64,000 bases of DNA, taken from the IMG/VR virus record IMGVR_UViG_3300025922_000012. One strand, given 5' to 3'. Both the position numbers and the translations under genes were made by a program. This stretch comes from an uncultured virus (IMG/VR IMGVR_UViG_3300025922_000012) (Duplodnaviria > Heunggongvirae > Uroviricota > Caudoviricetes). Shown piece by piece: positions 1 through 9,615 of this stretch. The first letter of the stretch is position 1, and each line of letters starts with the position of its first letter. The notes below the pieces were generated by a model. It was not told where the DNA came from. It did not search any database and was given only the letters and a program-made list of their open reading frames with translations.

Positions 1-289
1 CGTTCTTCGTGGACACCGAAGGCGTTGCGCCGCCAGAGGAGATGTGCTCCTTGACTTCCGCTTCCGTCGTGTCAGGCGTCATCGCCAGCGCCGTCAGGAA
101 CTTGATCCGGCCCCGGTATTTGTCCACGAGGCTCCAGCCAATTGAGACAATGGCGAGCGAGGCCCCCAAGACGTACGAGGAGGCTTCGCCCTGCGTCCAG
201 ATCCCGTGGTCCACGAAGAACGTTGCGGCTCCGGCAAGGAGCCACCTGACAATGGATCCGATAGCTGCGCTTGCGAGAGGATTCTTCAT
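1..289 (-). CDS. Putative holin / 2-TM membrane protein (runs off window edge)
   Basis: Manually translated MKNPLASAAIGSIVRWLLAGAATFFVDHGIW...YVLGASLAIVSIGWSLVDKYR; ATGA overlap with upstream gene; distal end of late operon. Confidence 0.55.
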   Translation of the reverse strand, partial: MKNPLASAAIGSIVRWLLAGAATFFVDHGIWTQGEASSYVLGASLAIVSIGWSLVDKYRGRIKFLTALAMTPDTTEAEVKEHISSGGATPSVSTKN

Positions 290-522
290 CGTGTTCTCCG
301 TGGTTGTGGGGAATCGATATGACTCCCCAAGAGCCGCATCATCTCCAGCCGCGTGCCGTTGAAGTCTTCGTTCAGCGCCTTGATCTGCGCCGTCAACCCG
401 TCAATCGATGCGCGTTGAGCTTCGACCCGCTCCGTCAGCCGACCGATCTGCATCCCGAATCCAGCCGACGCCGCAATCAACGTGAGTCCGAGACTGACGA
501 TGGCGACGACTTCCTTGCTCAT
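286..522 (-). CDS. Small membrane protein, N-terminal TM plus coiled coil
   Basis: VVAIVSLGLTLIAASAGFGM followed by heptad-like segment; coupled to neighbours. Confidence 0.6.
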   Translation of the reverse strand: MSKEVVAIVSLGLTLIAASAGFGMQIGRLTERVEAQRASIDGLTAQIKALNEDFNGTRLEMMRLLGSHIDSPQPRRTR

Positions 523-710
523 TAGGTCAGATCGGTGGAGGGATCCGCGTTGGTGTCAGGATCGGCCTTGATGTTCATCCCTGACGCTCTCGCCTCTTCG
601 ATGGCTGACACCCGGAGTTCCAGCCGATTGATCCGGCGCTTCAACGCTTGGACGTTTCGGAACGTCGCATCGTTCGGATTCCGCTTCTTCTGAGCCTGCT
701 TCTTTGCCAT
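522..710 (-). CDS. Hypothetical basic coiled-coil protein
   Basis: ORF in operon with TAATG coupling. Confidence 0.55.
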   Translation of the reverse strand: MAKKQAQKKRNPNDATFRNVQALKRRINRLELRVSAIEEARASGMNIKADPDTNADPSTDLT

Positions 711-719
711 GCGCGGATT

Positions 720-1817
720 CTAGAGGATCTTGATATAGAGATCCATCCGGCCTTCTTTGTTCGATACGAAGGCGACTGTGGACTCGTCATGGGAGATGTT
801 GCCGAAGACTTGGTCATCGTAACTCCGTGGATCCTCTGGCGGATACGGGTTTACCATGCCGTGCGCGCAGATCGGTCTTAGTTGCCCATCCGAGAACAGG
901 TTGATGTTCACCGCATCGCTGACAAGGATACGATCCCCTCGCACGGCGACGTGCCCAAGGTTCCACGTCGGGAAGAGTTCTGTTCGCTGGAGCGATGGCA
1001 GATCCACGCGCACGCAGGCTCCACGCGCCCGGTCGGCCCCGATCATGTATCCACGGCCAGAATCGGAGTGGCCGAGTGCCCCGTCAGCCTTTGTGATCCA
1101 CGGCCACGGCTTTCCCGTCTCCAGATCCACGAAGAGGTTGTCATCGTCTGGACTGGATTTGATCAGGAGATAGCGGCCGTCTGCCGTGACTTGCGATTCA
1201 TCTAGGTTGTAGGTGTCAGCGGCGAAGTACTGTTGCTCGTCGTTCCTGAACGCCACCGTGCCGATGGGTGGATATGGCCCGCTCTCCACGATCTGTTGCA
1301 CCGTCGCCGAATGCGCCACCCCGTAGTCAGAGGAATGCGCTTGCCAGAGCCGACACCCTGGATGCGTCCCGGCGATGTCGAAGATGACCGTCTCTTCCGG
1401 CGAGAACGGATTGGAGGACATGAGGCGCGAGCCTTCGGGGTGAATGACGCGCCCGATAGCATTCCAATACCACCCCTCTCCTGTGCCGGCGTAGGGCAGG
1501 AGAGAGCCAAGCCTCGTCACGGTTCCGGAGGCGATGTTGACCTTGAAGAACAGCGGCCTACCAGCATCCGATCCGACGAAGGCGTATACGTCTTCATTGA
1601 GAACGAAGGCTTGGCTCCAGTAGGAATAACCCCTATTCAGGAGTACTCCGTCCTGTTCGTTCGTCACGCGGATCGGTGGTGTGGGATCTGTTGGTCCGGA
1701 TGGAATTGGAGCTGGCGTCACGGGTTCAGGTTGCGGCTCCGGAGGCGGTGGCGAGATGGGCGGATCCGCCTTGGCCTTCTGACGTGCCCGCCCTGATGAA
1801 AACCAGTTACAGGCCAC
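720..1817 (-). CDS. Beta-propeller protein (TolB/PD40-like C-terminus) with Pro-rich N-terminal linker
   Basis: C-terminal NISHDESTVAFVSNKEGRMDLYI resembles a PD40 blade; PPPPEPQPEPVTPAP linker; GTG at 1817 directly after upstream stop. Confidence 0.55.
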   Translation of the reverse strand: MACNWFSSGRARQKAKADPPISPPPPEPQPEPVTPAPIPSGPTDPTPPIRVTNEQDGVLLNRGYSYWSQAFVLNEDVYAFVGSDAGRPLFFKVNIASGTVTRLGSLLPYAGTGEGWYWNAIGRVIHPEGSRLMSSNPFSPEETVIFDIAGTHPGCRLWQAHSSDYGVAHSATVQQIVESGPYPPIGTVAFRNDEQQYFAADTYNLDESQVTADGRYLLIKSSPDDDNLFVDLETGKPWPWITKADGALGHSDSGRGYMIGADRARGACVRVDLPSLQRTELFPTWNLGHVAVRGDRILVSDAVNINLFSDGQLRPICAHGMVNPYPPEDPRSYDDQVFGNISHDESTVAFVSNKEGRMDLYIKIL

Positions 1818-1818
1818 G

Positions 1819-2016
1819 TTAGGGAGTTCGCCGCCACGGGGGGTTCGGCCCGCTGATGACATAGAACACCGCAATCGCCCCGATACAGAGCCGGATGACC
1901 GTCAGCACGTCTCCGGACAGATCGAGTCCAACGATGCGGATGAAGGGAGGAAGAATCGCCCATGCGAAGACACAGGCAACGACCGCGATCAGGATGCGCC
2001 AAACAATTCCAGACAT
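1819..2016 (-). CDS. Small 2-TM membrane protein
   Basis: Two hydrophobic helices; GGAG SD upstream. Confidence 0.7.
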   Translation of the reverse strand: MSGIVWRILIAVVACVFAWAILPPFIRIVGLDLSGDVLTVIRLCIGAIAVFYVISGPNPPWRRTP

Positions 2017-2026
2017 AAAACTGCTC

Positions 2027-2551
2027 CTATGAGCGGCTGAACAATACCGCTAGGGCCGTACCCACCGCAACAAGCATACCGATCACGGCGACGACTAAAC
2101 TGATGTTCTGACGCGACTCTTCCTTGAGAGCCGATCCACCACGACGTTCCCCGCCGATGATCCCAGCTTGCTCACGCAATGCACTAATCTTTTCTTCCAA
2201 GGCCGAGAATCGGGCTTCGGTTTCCGCCCGAGGCATCGTCGCTTTGTTCTGTTCGTCCATCTTTCGGGCGAGATCGTTGTGGGAACTGTTGTAGGCTTTC
2301 TGCGCTTCTTCGGCCTTAACGATGGCCTTCTCGCTGGCATCGAATGACGCCTTGGTCTGCTCCTTCACCGCTGCGAGGGCGGCATCGACGGCCGTCCGAC
2401 GCGCATCGTCCCGTTCCTTATAGAGTCGATCCCGCTCGTCTAGGATCTCTCGGTTGGATTCGAGTTTGGCGAGCAGGAGTTCCCGAAGGCCGTCCAGTTC
2501 GGCGGTTAGTTCATGTAGCGTAGGATCGTGTGTCCGGCCTGTATCGGTCAT
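2027..2551 (-). CDS. Coiled-coil protein with C-terminal TM anchor
   Basis: Long helical region then ISLVVAVIGMLVAVGTALAVLF. Confidence 0.7.
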   Translation of the reverse strand: MTDTGRTHDPTLHELTAELDGLRELLLAKLESNREILDERDRLYKERDDARRTAVDAALAAVKEQTKASFDASEKAIVKAEEAQKAYNSSHNDLARKMDEQNKATMPRAETEARFSALEEKISALREQAGIIGGERRGGSALKEESRQNISLVVAVIGMLVAVGTALAVLFSRS

Positions 2552-2566
2552 AGGTGTAAGACCAGA

Positions 2567-2890
2567 TCAGTCCCCATGTCGTCGCTCATCGCTGCCGGTT
2601 CTCCGCTCTTGTGGACCCGTCCGACGTTCCTGGATCTGGATCTCTAGAACGGCCAACCGTTCACTGTGATCGTTCAATCTCGTCATCACCCGATCCGCTT
2701 GGTCCGACGACTTCTGCCCCGCGTGATCCAGCCTCCGGAGGATTTCATCGAGCTTCGTATCGCGGATCTGAAGTTGCGCCGCCAATAAGGCTTCCGCCTG
2801 CTTGGCTTGCTTCCCCCAGAGAAAGACCCAGATCGTCAGCACGAGCATCAGCCCGCGCAAGGCCCAATCGATCCCCTGATCGAAGGTCAT
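2567..2890 (-). CDS. Membrane protein, N-terminal TM plus coiled coil
   Basis: ALRGLMLVLTIWVFLWG then coiled coil. Confidence 0.65.
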   Translation of the reverse strand: MTFDQGIDWALRGLMLVLTIWVFLWGKQAKQAEALLAAQLQIRDTKLDEILRRLDHAGQKSSDQADRVMTRLNDHSERLAVLEIQIQERRTGPQERRTGSDERRHGD

Positions 2891-3000
2891 CGCACATGGC
2901 GCAGTAGATCGAGCACACCGCCCATTCCTATGAGCATCAACGCCACCCGTGCGCGGAGCGTCACCATCTGTAACGTGAGGATCGGCCAGAGTGTTTTCAT
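2887..3000 (-). CDS. 37-aa hydrophobic peptide
   Basis: MKTLWPILTLQMVTLRARVALMLIGMGGVLDLLRHVR; ATGA overlaps at both ends. Confidence 0.5.
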   Translation of the reverse strand: MKTLWPILTLQMVTLRARVALMLIGMGGVLDLLRHVR

Positions 3001-4598
3001 GGGGTTGCTTCCGCCTGTTGTGGATTGTGCGTAGCGGTCAAATACGAGTCGGTGACTCGACCGATGAGGGTCAAAGCCTTGCTCGTATCGCGCGTCGTCA
3101 GTCCTTCCTGAAGCAACTTCGTCATCACGGGATTATGCGCTGCCCAGACGATCATGCCTGGGAGTAATTCCGTGACGGCCAATGTTCCGGCCGCTGCCTC
3201 AGGCCCGTACCGATAGGCCACGCCAGCCATTGAGGATAGTTCAAAGATGCGATAGACGCGATCTCCCCATTGCCCGCCCTTCGCCTTCACCCGCCCAAGG
3301 GCATCATCAATGGTCCGAAGATTGGTCAGAACATCAGCTTCGGTGCCTTTCGGGATCGTTCCGGTGGCGTCTTTGACCGCTTTCCCGTACGCGCGTGGGC
3401 CTTCTCTCTGCATCGCTGCACGAGCCGACGATACAGCCGGTAGTTTGTTGGCCTCCACGCCTTTGGCGTACAACTCTCTGAGTGGATCCCACGCCGGGTA
3501 CGCATCCGATAATCCCTTGGTCAGATCGCCTGCGAATTGACCCGTGAGCACCTTACCGCGTTCGCCGAGCACCGAGTCTCGTCCCTTTCGCCCGATCTCC
3601 AAGAGACTCGTTCGGAGATTCGTCGCCGCCTCATAACTGGTCGTGTCGGCCGTTTGCAGGATCGTTTCGAGCGCATCCAATGTGCCTGTCGGAACAGGTG
3701 CCGTTTGTCCACGCTGAATCACGCGACGCACTTTCGGCAAAATGGCTTGCACGACATCAGGGGAGGCGTGGGTGCCTGCGGAACTCACCACGAGTTGCAG
3801 TTGGCGTGTCAATTCAGGACTGAGTTTTTTGGCGTACAGATCAAGGATCTTCGGCGCGACTTCGTTGGCGAAGATGTTTGCGGCCTGCACACGATGAGGC
3901 AGCATGTCGTACGTCGGTCCAGCCGATACGACTTGATGAAGTGCGTCACCGATCTGATTCAGCGCCGCTTTGCCTTTGACGATGCCTTCCTTGGCAACCC
4001 GTTGCGTAATCTGCCGATTCAGATCCCCAATAACACGACCGGCGATACTCCGTTCGGCCATCTGTTCCACGGCCTGACCGACCATCCCTTTGCCGGTATC
4101 GTTCACCACGTCAGACGCCGACAGACGAAGACCGAGATCCTTGTTGGCTTTACCGAGCGCGACATCTGCGGCACTTGTCGGACGCATGGGTCCGCTGAGC
4201 ACTTTCCCAGCGACTTTGCCGCCGACTTCAAACGCACCTTGCTCTAACCCTGAGGTTCCCATCTCCTTGATCGCTTCAGTCTGCGTGGGTAACTGGCGAT
4301 AGCCGGTCAGCGAGTTCAGGTACTGTTCCACTCGTTTCCCGAGCATGCCGCCCGCAAACGCTCCCGGTACGCCGCCCATGAATCCACCTACGGCTCCGCC
4401 GACAAGTGGGAATTGTTCAGCGACCTTGGCCGACATCGGAACCGGACCAATGCTACTGGCTTTGCTGAGGGCTGACGCCGGATCCTCAACCGTGAGGCCA
4501 AGGCGTTCGGCTGTCTCGTCAGGATTGATCGTTGGCGCTCCGACCGTCAGGCCGAGCCGTTGGGCATCCTGATCGACAGTCGATGTCTGCGGCGGCAT
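2997..4598 (-). CDS. Putative internal virion / DNA ejection protein
   Basis: Ala/Gly-rich helical protein with glycine-zipper segment; third of three such genes after the tail genes, as in podoviruses. Confidence 0.6.
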   Translation of the reverse strand: MPPQTSTVDQDAQRLGLTVGAPTINPDETAERLGLTVEDPASALSKASSIGPVPMSAKVAEQFPLVGGAVGGFMGGVPGAFAGGMLGKRVEQYLNSLTGYRQLPTQTEAIKEMGTSGLEQGAFEVGGKVAGKVLSGPMRPTSAADVALGKANKDLGLRLSASDVVNDTGKGMVGQAVEQMAERSIAGRVIGDLNRQITQRVAKEGIVKGKAALNQIGDALHQVVSAGPTYDMLPHRVQAANIFANEVAPKILDLYAKKLSPELTRQLQLVVSSAGTHASPDVVQAILPKVRRVIQRGQTAPVPTGTLDALETILQTADTTSYEAATNLRTSLLEIGRKGRDSVLGERGKVLTGQFAGDLTKGLSDAYPAWDPLRELYAKGVEANKLPAVSSARAAMQREGPRAYGKAVKDATGTIPKGTEADVLTNLRTIDDALGRVKAKGGQWGDRVYRIFELSSMAGVAYRYGPEAAAGTLAVTELLPGMIVWAAHNPVMTKLLQEGLTTRDTSKALTLIGRVTDSYLTATHNPQQAEATP

Positions 4599-4599
4599 C

Positions 4600-6408
4600 T
4601 TACTTGGCGTCAGGATGGAGACGCTTAAATTGATCGATCTGCGTTTGCGTACCGCTGTAGGTCTTGCCGTTCAACGTGACGGACACCGTTCCGGGTGGCT
4701 TGGCTCCGCCGCCCATTTTGCCCAAGACGCGGAGTTTGGCGAGAATCGTATCCACCTTGGCCGACTTACCAGGAAGCGGTTCATTAATCCCTGCTGATTG
4801 CCACTGCTGTTCCAGCGCGGTTTCCCTTGAACCTACGATGTCCGCAAGCGTTGAGAGCACTTCATTGAATTGCGCGGGCGAGTTGGCTTTGTTTAACCGT
4901 TGCGCCCATGCTTGAATATCGGCTTCCGCTCCGACGCCGCCCCTGAATAGATTCGTGAGTTCGCTGGCGACCGGCTGCACGGCCGTGAGGAAACCTTGGA
5001 CCCGAGGATCGCCCGATTGATCCAGTGTCGTATTCGCCAACGAGTTCCAGAGTTTCGTGTCCGCATTCTTCAACGCCATCGCCTTGTCGGCGAGCGTGCT
5101 CAAATGCTGGGCGACGGTGTTCAGCGACTTAACATTCTCAGATGGCTTGCCGGTCGTCCATGCGATGCGGGCGCGTTGGCGCTCCTGATAGCGCGTGGCG
5201 TCCCAATCCGGATTGATCTTCTGAACGTACGCCATCAACTTGTTGAGGCGCGGTGAGTTCAATTGCCGGAGCGACAACGGCCGCGTGTAGTTGGCTAGTT
5301 GTTCAACTTCGGTCTTATCGGCCGGAGACAATCCCTGCAACGGATCAACCTGCGCGCCGCCAGTCGGTTGAGGCGTACCGCCGGTACCGCCAGATCCGCC
5401 GCCGATGTCGGACCCCAACATGTACCTCCGCATATCCAGAAGGCTTTGCCGGTTCGCTTCGTCCAAGTCCCGTTTGTCGCCTAGGATCTTCGCCGCTACA
5501 GGGACCGCCGCTCGATACTGTTCGTCTGTTGCTTCCGTGGGAAGAATCCCTTGACTTAGCAACGCTTCATTGACGACTTCTCCGGCCTGCCCGGTCAACC
5601 GACGTGTCGTGCCAGCCGGAGCCGCAGTTGGCATCACATAAACCTTGCCGGTGTTGTCTTGGAACTGCTGCCAGTAGGGAGACGATGTAAGGTCAACTGG
5701 ACGGCCCGAGGCGTCCACGGCGTCGGCAGGGTTGATGTCTGACCCTGCGACCGCTTTTCCGAGCGCGTGGGGCACCACAGCCCGTTCTGTTGCCATTTGG
5801 CCGGTCGCCACGTACCGCACCTTTTCGGCGGGCGTCATCTTCAGTCGATCCGCTAAGTCTTCACGCGCCTTCCGTTGACGAGCAGCCGTCTCCTCGTCCA
5901 CTACGGCCGTTCCACGGGCGATGGCCTGAGCGTGACTCACTTCCCGTGCGGTTCGTTGTTCCGGAGTCAGGAATGGGATCCCAAGCGCCCCAGTAGACGC
6001 TTGTGGGGCAGGCGTGGCCGGAGAGACAGCCGTGCTCGATGGCAAGACGCCTTCGGACGTGGCCGCTACGTCTCGCTTGACATCAGATCCTTGCGCGCCT
6101 GCTGTCGGAGCCTGAAGCGTCGGACGTGCCGCATTCAGCACGCCAGCCAGAATCTCGTTGTGGTTCGGCTGACCCTTATCTGGCTTCGCGCCGAAGTGCA
6201 GATCCGGAAAAAAGATAGGGAGTGCGACGTTGGGATCGGCTCCGTCGTCAAGCGCACGACTAAGCCCTGACAACCGCACTTGGTTCTGGAGTGTTTCTTG
6301 TCGGATCGCCTCTTCCTGATCCTTTTGTCTCTTGGACAGTAGGACATTAGCGAAGCCACGCGCGAGCCCCGATCCGAGAGCGAGTCCTTCAGCCATTGTC
6401 GTGACCAT
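4600..6408 (-). CDS. Putative internal virion / DNA ejection protein
   Basis: 602 aa helical, AEGLALGSGLARGFA N-terminus; position. Confidence 0.6.
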   Translation of the reverse strand: MVTTMAEGLALGSGLARGFANVLLSKRQKDQEEAIRQETLQNQVRLSGLSRALDDGADPNVALPIFFPDLHFGAKPDKGQPNHNEILAGVLNAARPTLQAPTAGAQGSDVKRDVAATSEGVLPSSTAVSPATPAPQASTGALGIPFLTPEQRTAREVSHAQAIARGTAVVDEETAARQRKAREDLADRLKMTPAEKVRYVATGQMATERAVVPHALGKAVAGSDINPADAVDASGRPVDLTSSPYWQQFQDNTGKVYVMPTAAPAGTTRRLTGQAGEVVNEALLSQGILPTEATDEQYRAAVPVAAKILGDKRDLDEANRQSLLDMRRYMLGSDIGGGSGGTGGTPQPTGGAQVDPLQGLSPADKTEVEQLANYTRPLSLRQLNSPRLNKLMAYVQKINPDWDATRYQERQRARIAWTTGKPSENVKSLNTVAQHLSTLADKAMALKNADTKLWNSLANTTLDQSGDPRVQGFLTAVQPVASELTNLFRGGVGAEADIQAWAQRLNKANSPAQFNEVLSTLADIVGSRETALEQQWQSAGINEPLPGKSAKVDTILAKLRVLGKMGGGAKPPGTVSVTLNGKTYSGTQTQIDQFKRLHPDAK

Positions 6409-6586
6409 CGCCGAGGATGTCGGTCAATCGCACTTGCACGATGTCCACGATCTCTTCGAGCGTGCTTTCGGCTGTAGTCCCATACATTCTTCGATGTGCA
6501 ATCGACCAACGGAGAATCTTTAACTCTTCCTTGATCTGTTCGACCCTCTCAGCCGCCAGTGAATGAATGCTCAGTTGGTTAGACAT
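6389..6586 (-). CDS. Hypothetical protein
   Basis: Fills gap between ejection genes with overlapping start/stop. Confidence 0.45.
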   Translation of the reverse strand: MSNQLSIHSLAAERVEQIKEELKILRWSIAHRRMYGTTAESTLEEIVDIVQVRLTDILGDGHDNG

Positions 6587-7362
6587 CAGTGCGACACCGT
6601 AGGCCCTGAAGGCATGGTGGGTGCCTTCGCGCCAGATCCACGAGTCAGGTACAACCCGAGCAGCGTCCCCAACCCTTCAGCCAACCCCGCCGCCAATTGC
6701 TTGTTCTGCCCGCTCTTGGCGATCTCCAGATTGCCTTCAAGGTTCTGTTGATTCAGGATGGCGTTGATGATCGTGTTCAGATCCGCCGACGCCAATTGAT
6801 CCGCCGACAGCCCCAAGGCTTTCAACTGCGTCCCCAACTGCGCCGACTGGCCGACAGCTTCATTGCGCGCCGTGGAGGTCAACGCCGACAGATCCTGCCC
6901 TTCGGTGACGTAACTGTTCGCCAGTGCTTCCGATGATCCCCCCCCCCTCGGAGCGAAGTTCGCAATCGACTTCCGTGCGGTGTCGTACTGATCGATCACC
7001 CGCCCGCGCTGCGGAGCCGTCGCCGACAGCATCGCACTCGGATCGTTCCCGAGGATCTTTTTGAAGTAGTCCAGTACCGGAGCCAAGGCTTCGGAACTCA
7101 TGCCGGACAACTGATCCGACTGCTTACCTGCGGCTGTGCTTTTCTCTTGCAGGCTTTTCAGGATCGGATCGATGGCGCTCGTATCTGCGGTATTCGGTTT
7201 GTCGCCCCCTCCGCTTGGAGAAAAGATATTCGAGAGGAACCCTGACAATCCGCCGATACCAGCGCCAGCCAACGTACCAAGTCCTGGAACAACACTGCCC
7301 CACAAGGCCCCTGTTGCTGCGCCTGTCGCTGCGCCTGTTCCGCCACCTTTCCAGTTCGGCAT
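6586..7362 (-). CDS. Putative ejection / DNA pilot protein
   Basis: N-terminal glycine zipper GAATGAATGALWGSVVPGLGTLAGAGIGG; Gln/Ala-rich. Confidence 0.65.
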   Translation of the reverse strand: MPNWKGGGTGAATGAATGALWGSVVPGLGTLAGAGIGGLSGFLSNIFSPSGGGDKPNTADTSAIDPILKSLQEKSTAAGKQSDQLSGMSSEALAPVLDYFKKILGNDPSAMLSATAPQRGRVIDQYDTARKSIANFAPRGGGSSEALANSYVTEGQDLSALTSTARNEAVGQSAQLGTQLKALGLSADQLASADLNTIINAILNQQNLEGNLEIAKSGQNKQLAAGLAEGLGTLLGLYLTRGSGAKAPTMPSGPTVSH

Positions 7363-7405
7363 GGCTTACCTCTTGACTCCGGCGAGAATCTTCTTCCAGT
7401 CCATG

Positions 7406-7810
7406 TTACGGGACCGTGCCGCTGACCGCCCCGGTAATGAATCCGCTGGCGACCAACTGGTTCAAGATACGTTTCTCAAGACTGATCGTTGACAGGTTTT
7501 GCTTGTTCAACGAGACAATCAAAGAGGCCCCTGTCGGCGTGGTGCTCGAATTGTAGGTCACGTTCAACTGTGGAGCCGTCACCACAAACGCGCCTGCGGT
7601 CCACGGTAGCACCGTTACCTGAAACGTTCCGAGCAGGACGTTGAACTCCACCCGTGCCACGCGCATGACGGTCGCGGATGGCGTGGCGACAATCGGCTCG
7701 GAGAGGGTGATGACTTCCTGCCCATAAATGAACGGCTCAAGGTGAAACCCGATCCCTATCGCGCCCAACATCAGGCCAGTCATGATGGCTATTTGAATTA
7801 GTTTTCGCAT
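7406..7810 (-). CDS. Fibre-associated protein with predicted signal peptide or N-terminal TM
   Basis: MRKLIQIAIMTGLMLGAIGIGF...IYG-Q; TAATG-coupled to fibre gene. Confidence 0.6.
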   Translation of the reverse strand: MRKLIQIAIMTGLMLGAIGIGFHLEPFIYGQEVITLSEPIVATPSATVMRVARVEFNVLLGTFQVTVLPWTAGAFVVTAPQLNVTYNSSTTPTGASLIVSLNKQNLSTISLEKRILNQLVASGFITGAVSGTVP

Positions 7811-9609
7811 TACCGTGCCTCCAGCGCGACGATACGTTCGTTGAGTTCCTGAATCGCCTTGATGATGGGGGCGGCGAGCTGCGAATAGGCGACATCATCG
7901 GGCCGGCCTTGAGCATCTAGCCCCGCATACAAAGGCAGGCCGTCGAGCCCTTTGGGGCCGTGTTCAGCCACGTCCTCCGCGAGTAGTCCACCATAGGTGC
8001 GCGTGTTCGAGGAATCCTTTGAATTAAAGGTGATGGGCGTGACATCGAGCAACCACTGCCAACCGTCCATCGGAGTGATGTTCGTCTTGTATCGCGCCGA
8101 GGATGTTGATCGTTTGAGTTTGCCGGTGGCGTCGATATAGACATTTGCAGCACTGCCATCAGTCGCGCTGTAAATAGCGTTCGACACGATCGCGCCGTCA
8201 GCCCCGGCGACCGTGAGAGCTGCATTTCCTGCTCCATCAACAATCCGCAAAAAAGAACCAGTGACGTTCCCGATGTTCAGCAGGATAAAACCGGGATTCG
8301 CGGCTTCGTTCCCGTAGGCGTAGACTTCCGCACCCCGCGTGGTGCCGTTCAATCCTCCCCCAACAATTCCCTGGAGGGAATTATCTGACCCGTCAGCCGT
8401 GCTCGCTCTAAAATAGGTATTGGTTCCACTTCCCCCAATATACGCCGTGCTTTGCACTGTCGATGACAGCACTAACGATGTGCCGGTGGCTGCGCCGATC
8501 GAGGGCGTGGTGAAACTCGGCGCACCAAGCCCAGAAGAGAAGACCGGAACGGCCGAGAACGTGGCTACTCCGGTTGATCCAAGAAGATTGATTGCAGCCG
8601 TCATTCCGTCAGATGTCAGCACCTTAAACGCGGATCCGGAGACGTTGCCTGGATAGATCCCAATACCGCCTGGAATGGTGCCGTTTTCGTTTCCGTAGGA
8701 GACAATCGCTCCGCCGCGTGACGAATCTCCGGCACCACCGCCTGCATTGATCGTGATCGATCTCGTGTCGGATCCATCCGACGTGTTCTGCTCGATCAGC
8801 GCATTGCCGGTCGTGAACGTCAGGTTGTCGGTGAACGTCGCTGCACCGCCCGTCGTCCCGCAGGAGAAACTGTTCGTGGACGCGGTGTAGTTGAGATGGT
8901 TGCCGCCCGTGTCCGTGCAATTCGTCACGGCGGTAGCGACCCATGCGGACCCTGAACTGATCAGCGTCGTATCGTCAGCCGCCGTCGTCAGTCCGGTTCC
9001 GCCGTTGCCGAACGCAATCGTCGTGGCGTTCCAGACCCCCGTAGCGATGGTCCCCAGCGTCGTCAGAGACGTCTGACCAATGTAAGTAGAGGCGATGTCG
9101 GCCACAGCCGCTTGACCAACCCCAACCGCGCCGGCTATAGAGATCCGATCCGTCGTGCCAGCCACAGAGGCCGTGTAGTTGCCGCTCGTGTACGTGCCAA
9201 GCGCCACCGTCGTACAGGTTGCCGTGCCGACTGCGGATAACGCCGTGATGACTTGGTTCGTACAGGTCTGCGATGTGAAAGCTGACGGGACGCCTGCGGT
9301 GTTGATGACCAACGCGGTTCCGAGTGCCCCGAGATTGCGTTCCGCACTCAGGGATCCGTTGGCTGCACCAACCCAGTACTCCGCATCGGAGGGAGCCCCG
9401 CCACCGCCACCGCCGTTGCCTGGAAGGAACATGCCGGAGGCGCTGTCCCACGTCGGTACTTGCGAATCGGTGTAGATCCCCGGCCCGCTCAAGCCAGCCT
9501 GACGGAACGCCGCTTGGATTTGGGCTGGACTTGGTCCCTGTCCTGAGACGGACAACGCCGTCGCCAGAATGATCCCGATGACGAGCCCTTTGACTCCGCT
9601 TCGCATCAT
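7810..9609 (-). CDS. Tail fibre with C-terminal intramolecular chaperone (peptidase S74-like) and N-terminal signal peptide
   Basis: SSARYKTNI...GLLAEDV...IIKAIQELNERIVALE chaperone motif; GNGGTG repeat; leader MMRSGVKGLVIGIILATALSVSG-Q. Confidence 0.8.
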   Translation of the reverse strand: MMRSGVKGLVIGIILATALSVSGQGPSPAQIQAAFRQAGLSGPGIYTDSQVPTWDSASGMFLPGNGGGGGGAPSDAEYWVGAANGSLSAERNLGALGTALVINTAGVPSAFTSQTCTNQVITALSAVGTATCTTVALGTYTSGNYTASVAGTTDRISIAGAVGVGQAAVADIASTYIGQTSLTTLGTIATGVWNATTIAFGNGGTGLTTAADDTTLISSGSAWVATAVTNCTDTGGNHLNYTASTNSFSCGTTGGAATFTDNLTFTTGNALIEQNTSDGSDTRSITINAGGGAGDSSRGGAIVSYGNENGTIPGGIGIYPGNVSGSAFKVLTSDGMTAAINLLGSTGVATFSAVPVFSSGLGAPSFTTPSIGAATGTSLVLSSTVQSTAYIGGSGTNTYFRASTADGSDNSLQGIVGGGLNGTTRGAEVYAYGNEAANPGFILLNIGNVTGSFLRIVDGAGNAALTVAGADGAIVSNAIYSATDGSAANVYIDATGKLKRSTSSARYKTNITPMDGWQWLLDVTPITFNSKDSSNTRTYGGLLAEDVAEHGPKGLDGLPLYAGLDAQGRPDDVAYSQLAAPIIKAIQELNERIVALEAR

Positions 9610-9615
9610 GTGCTC

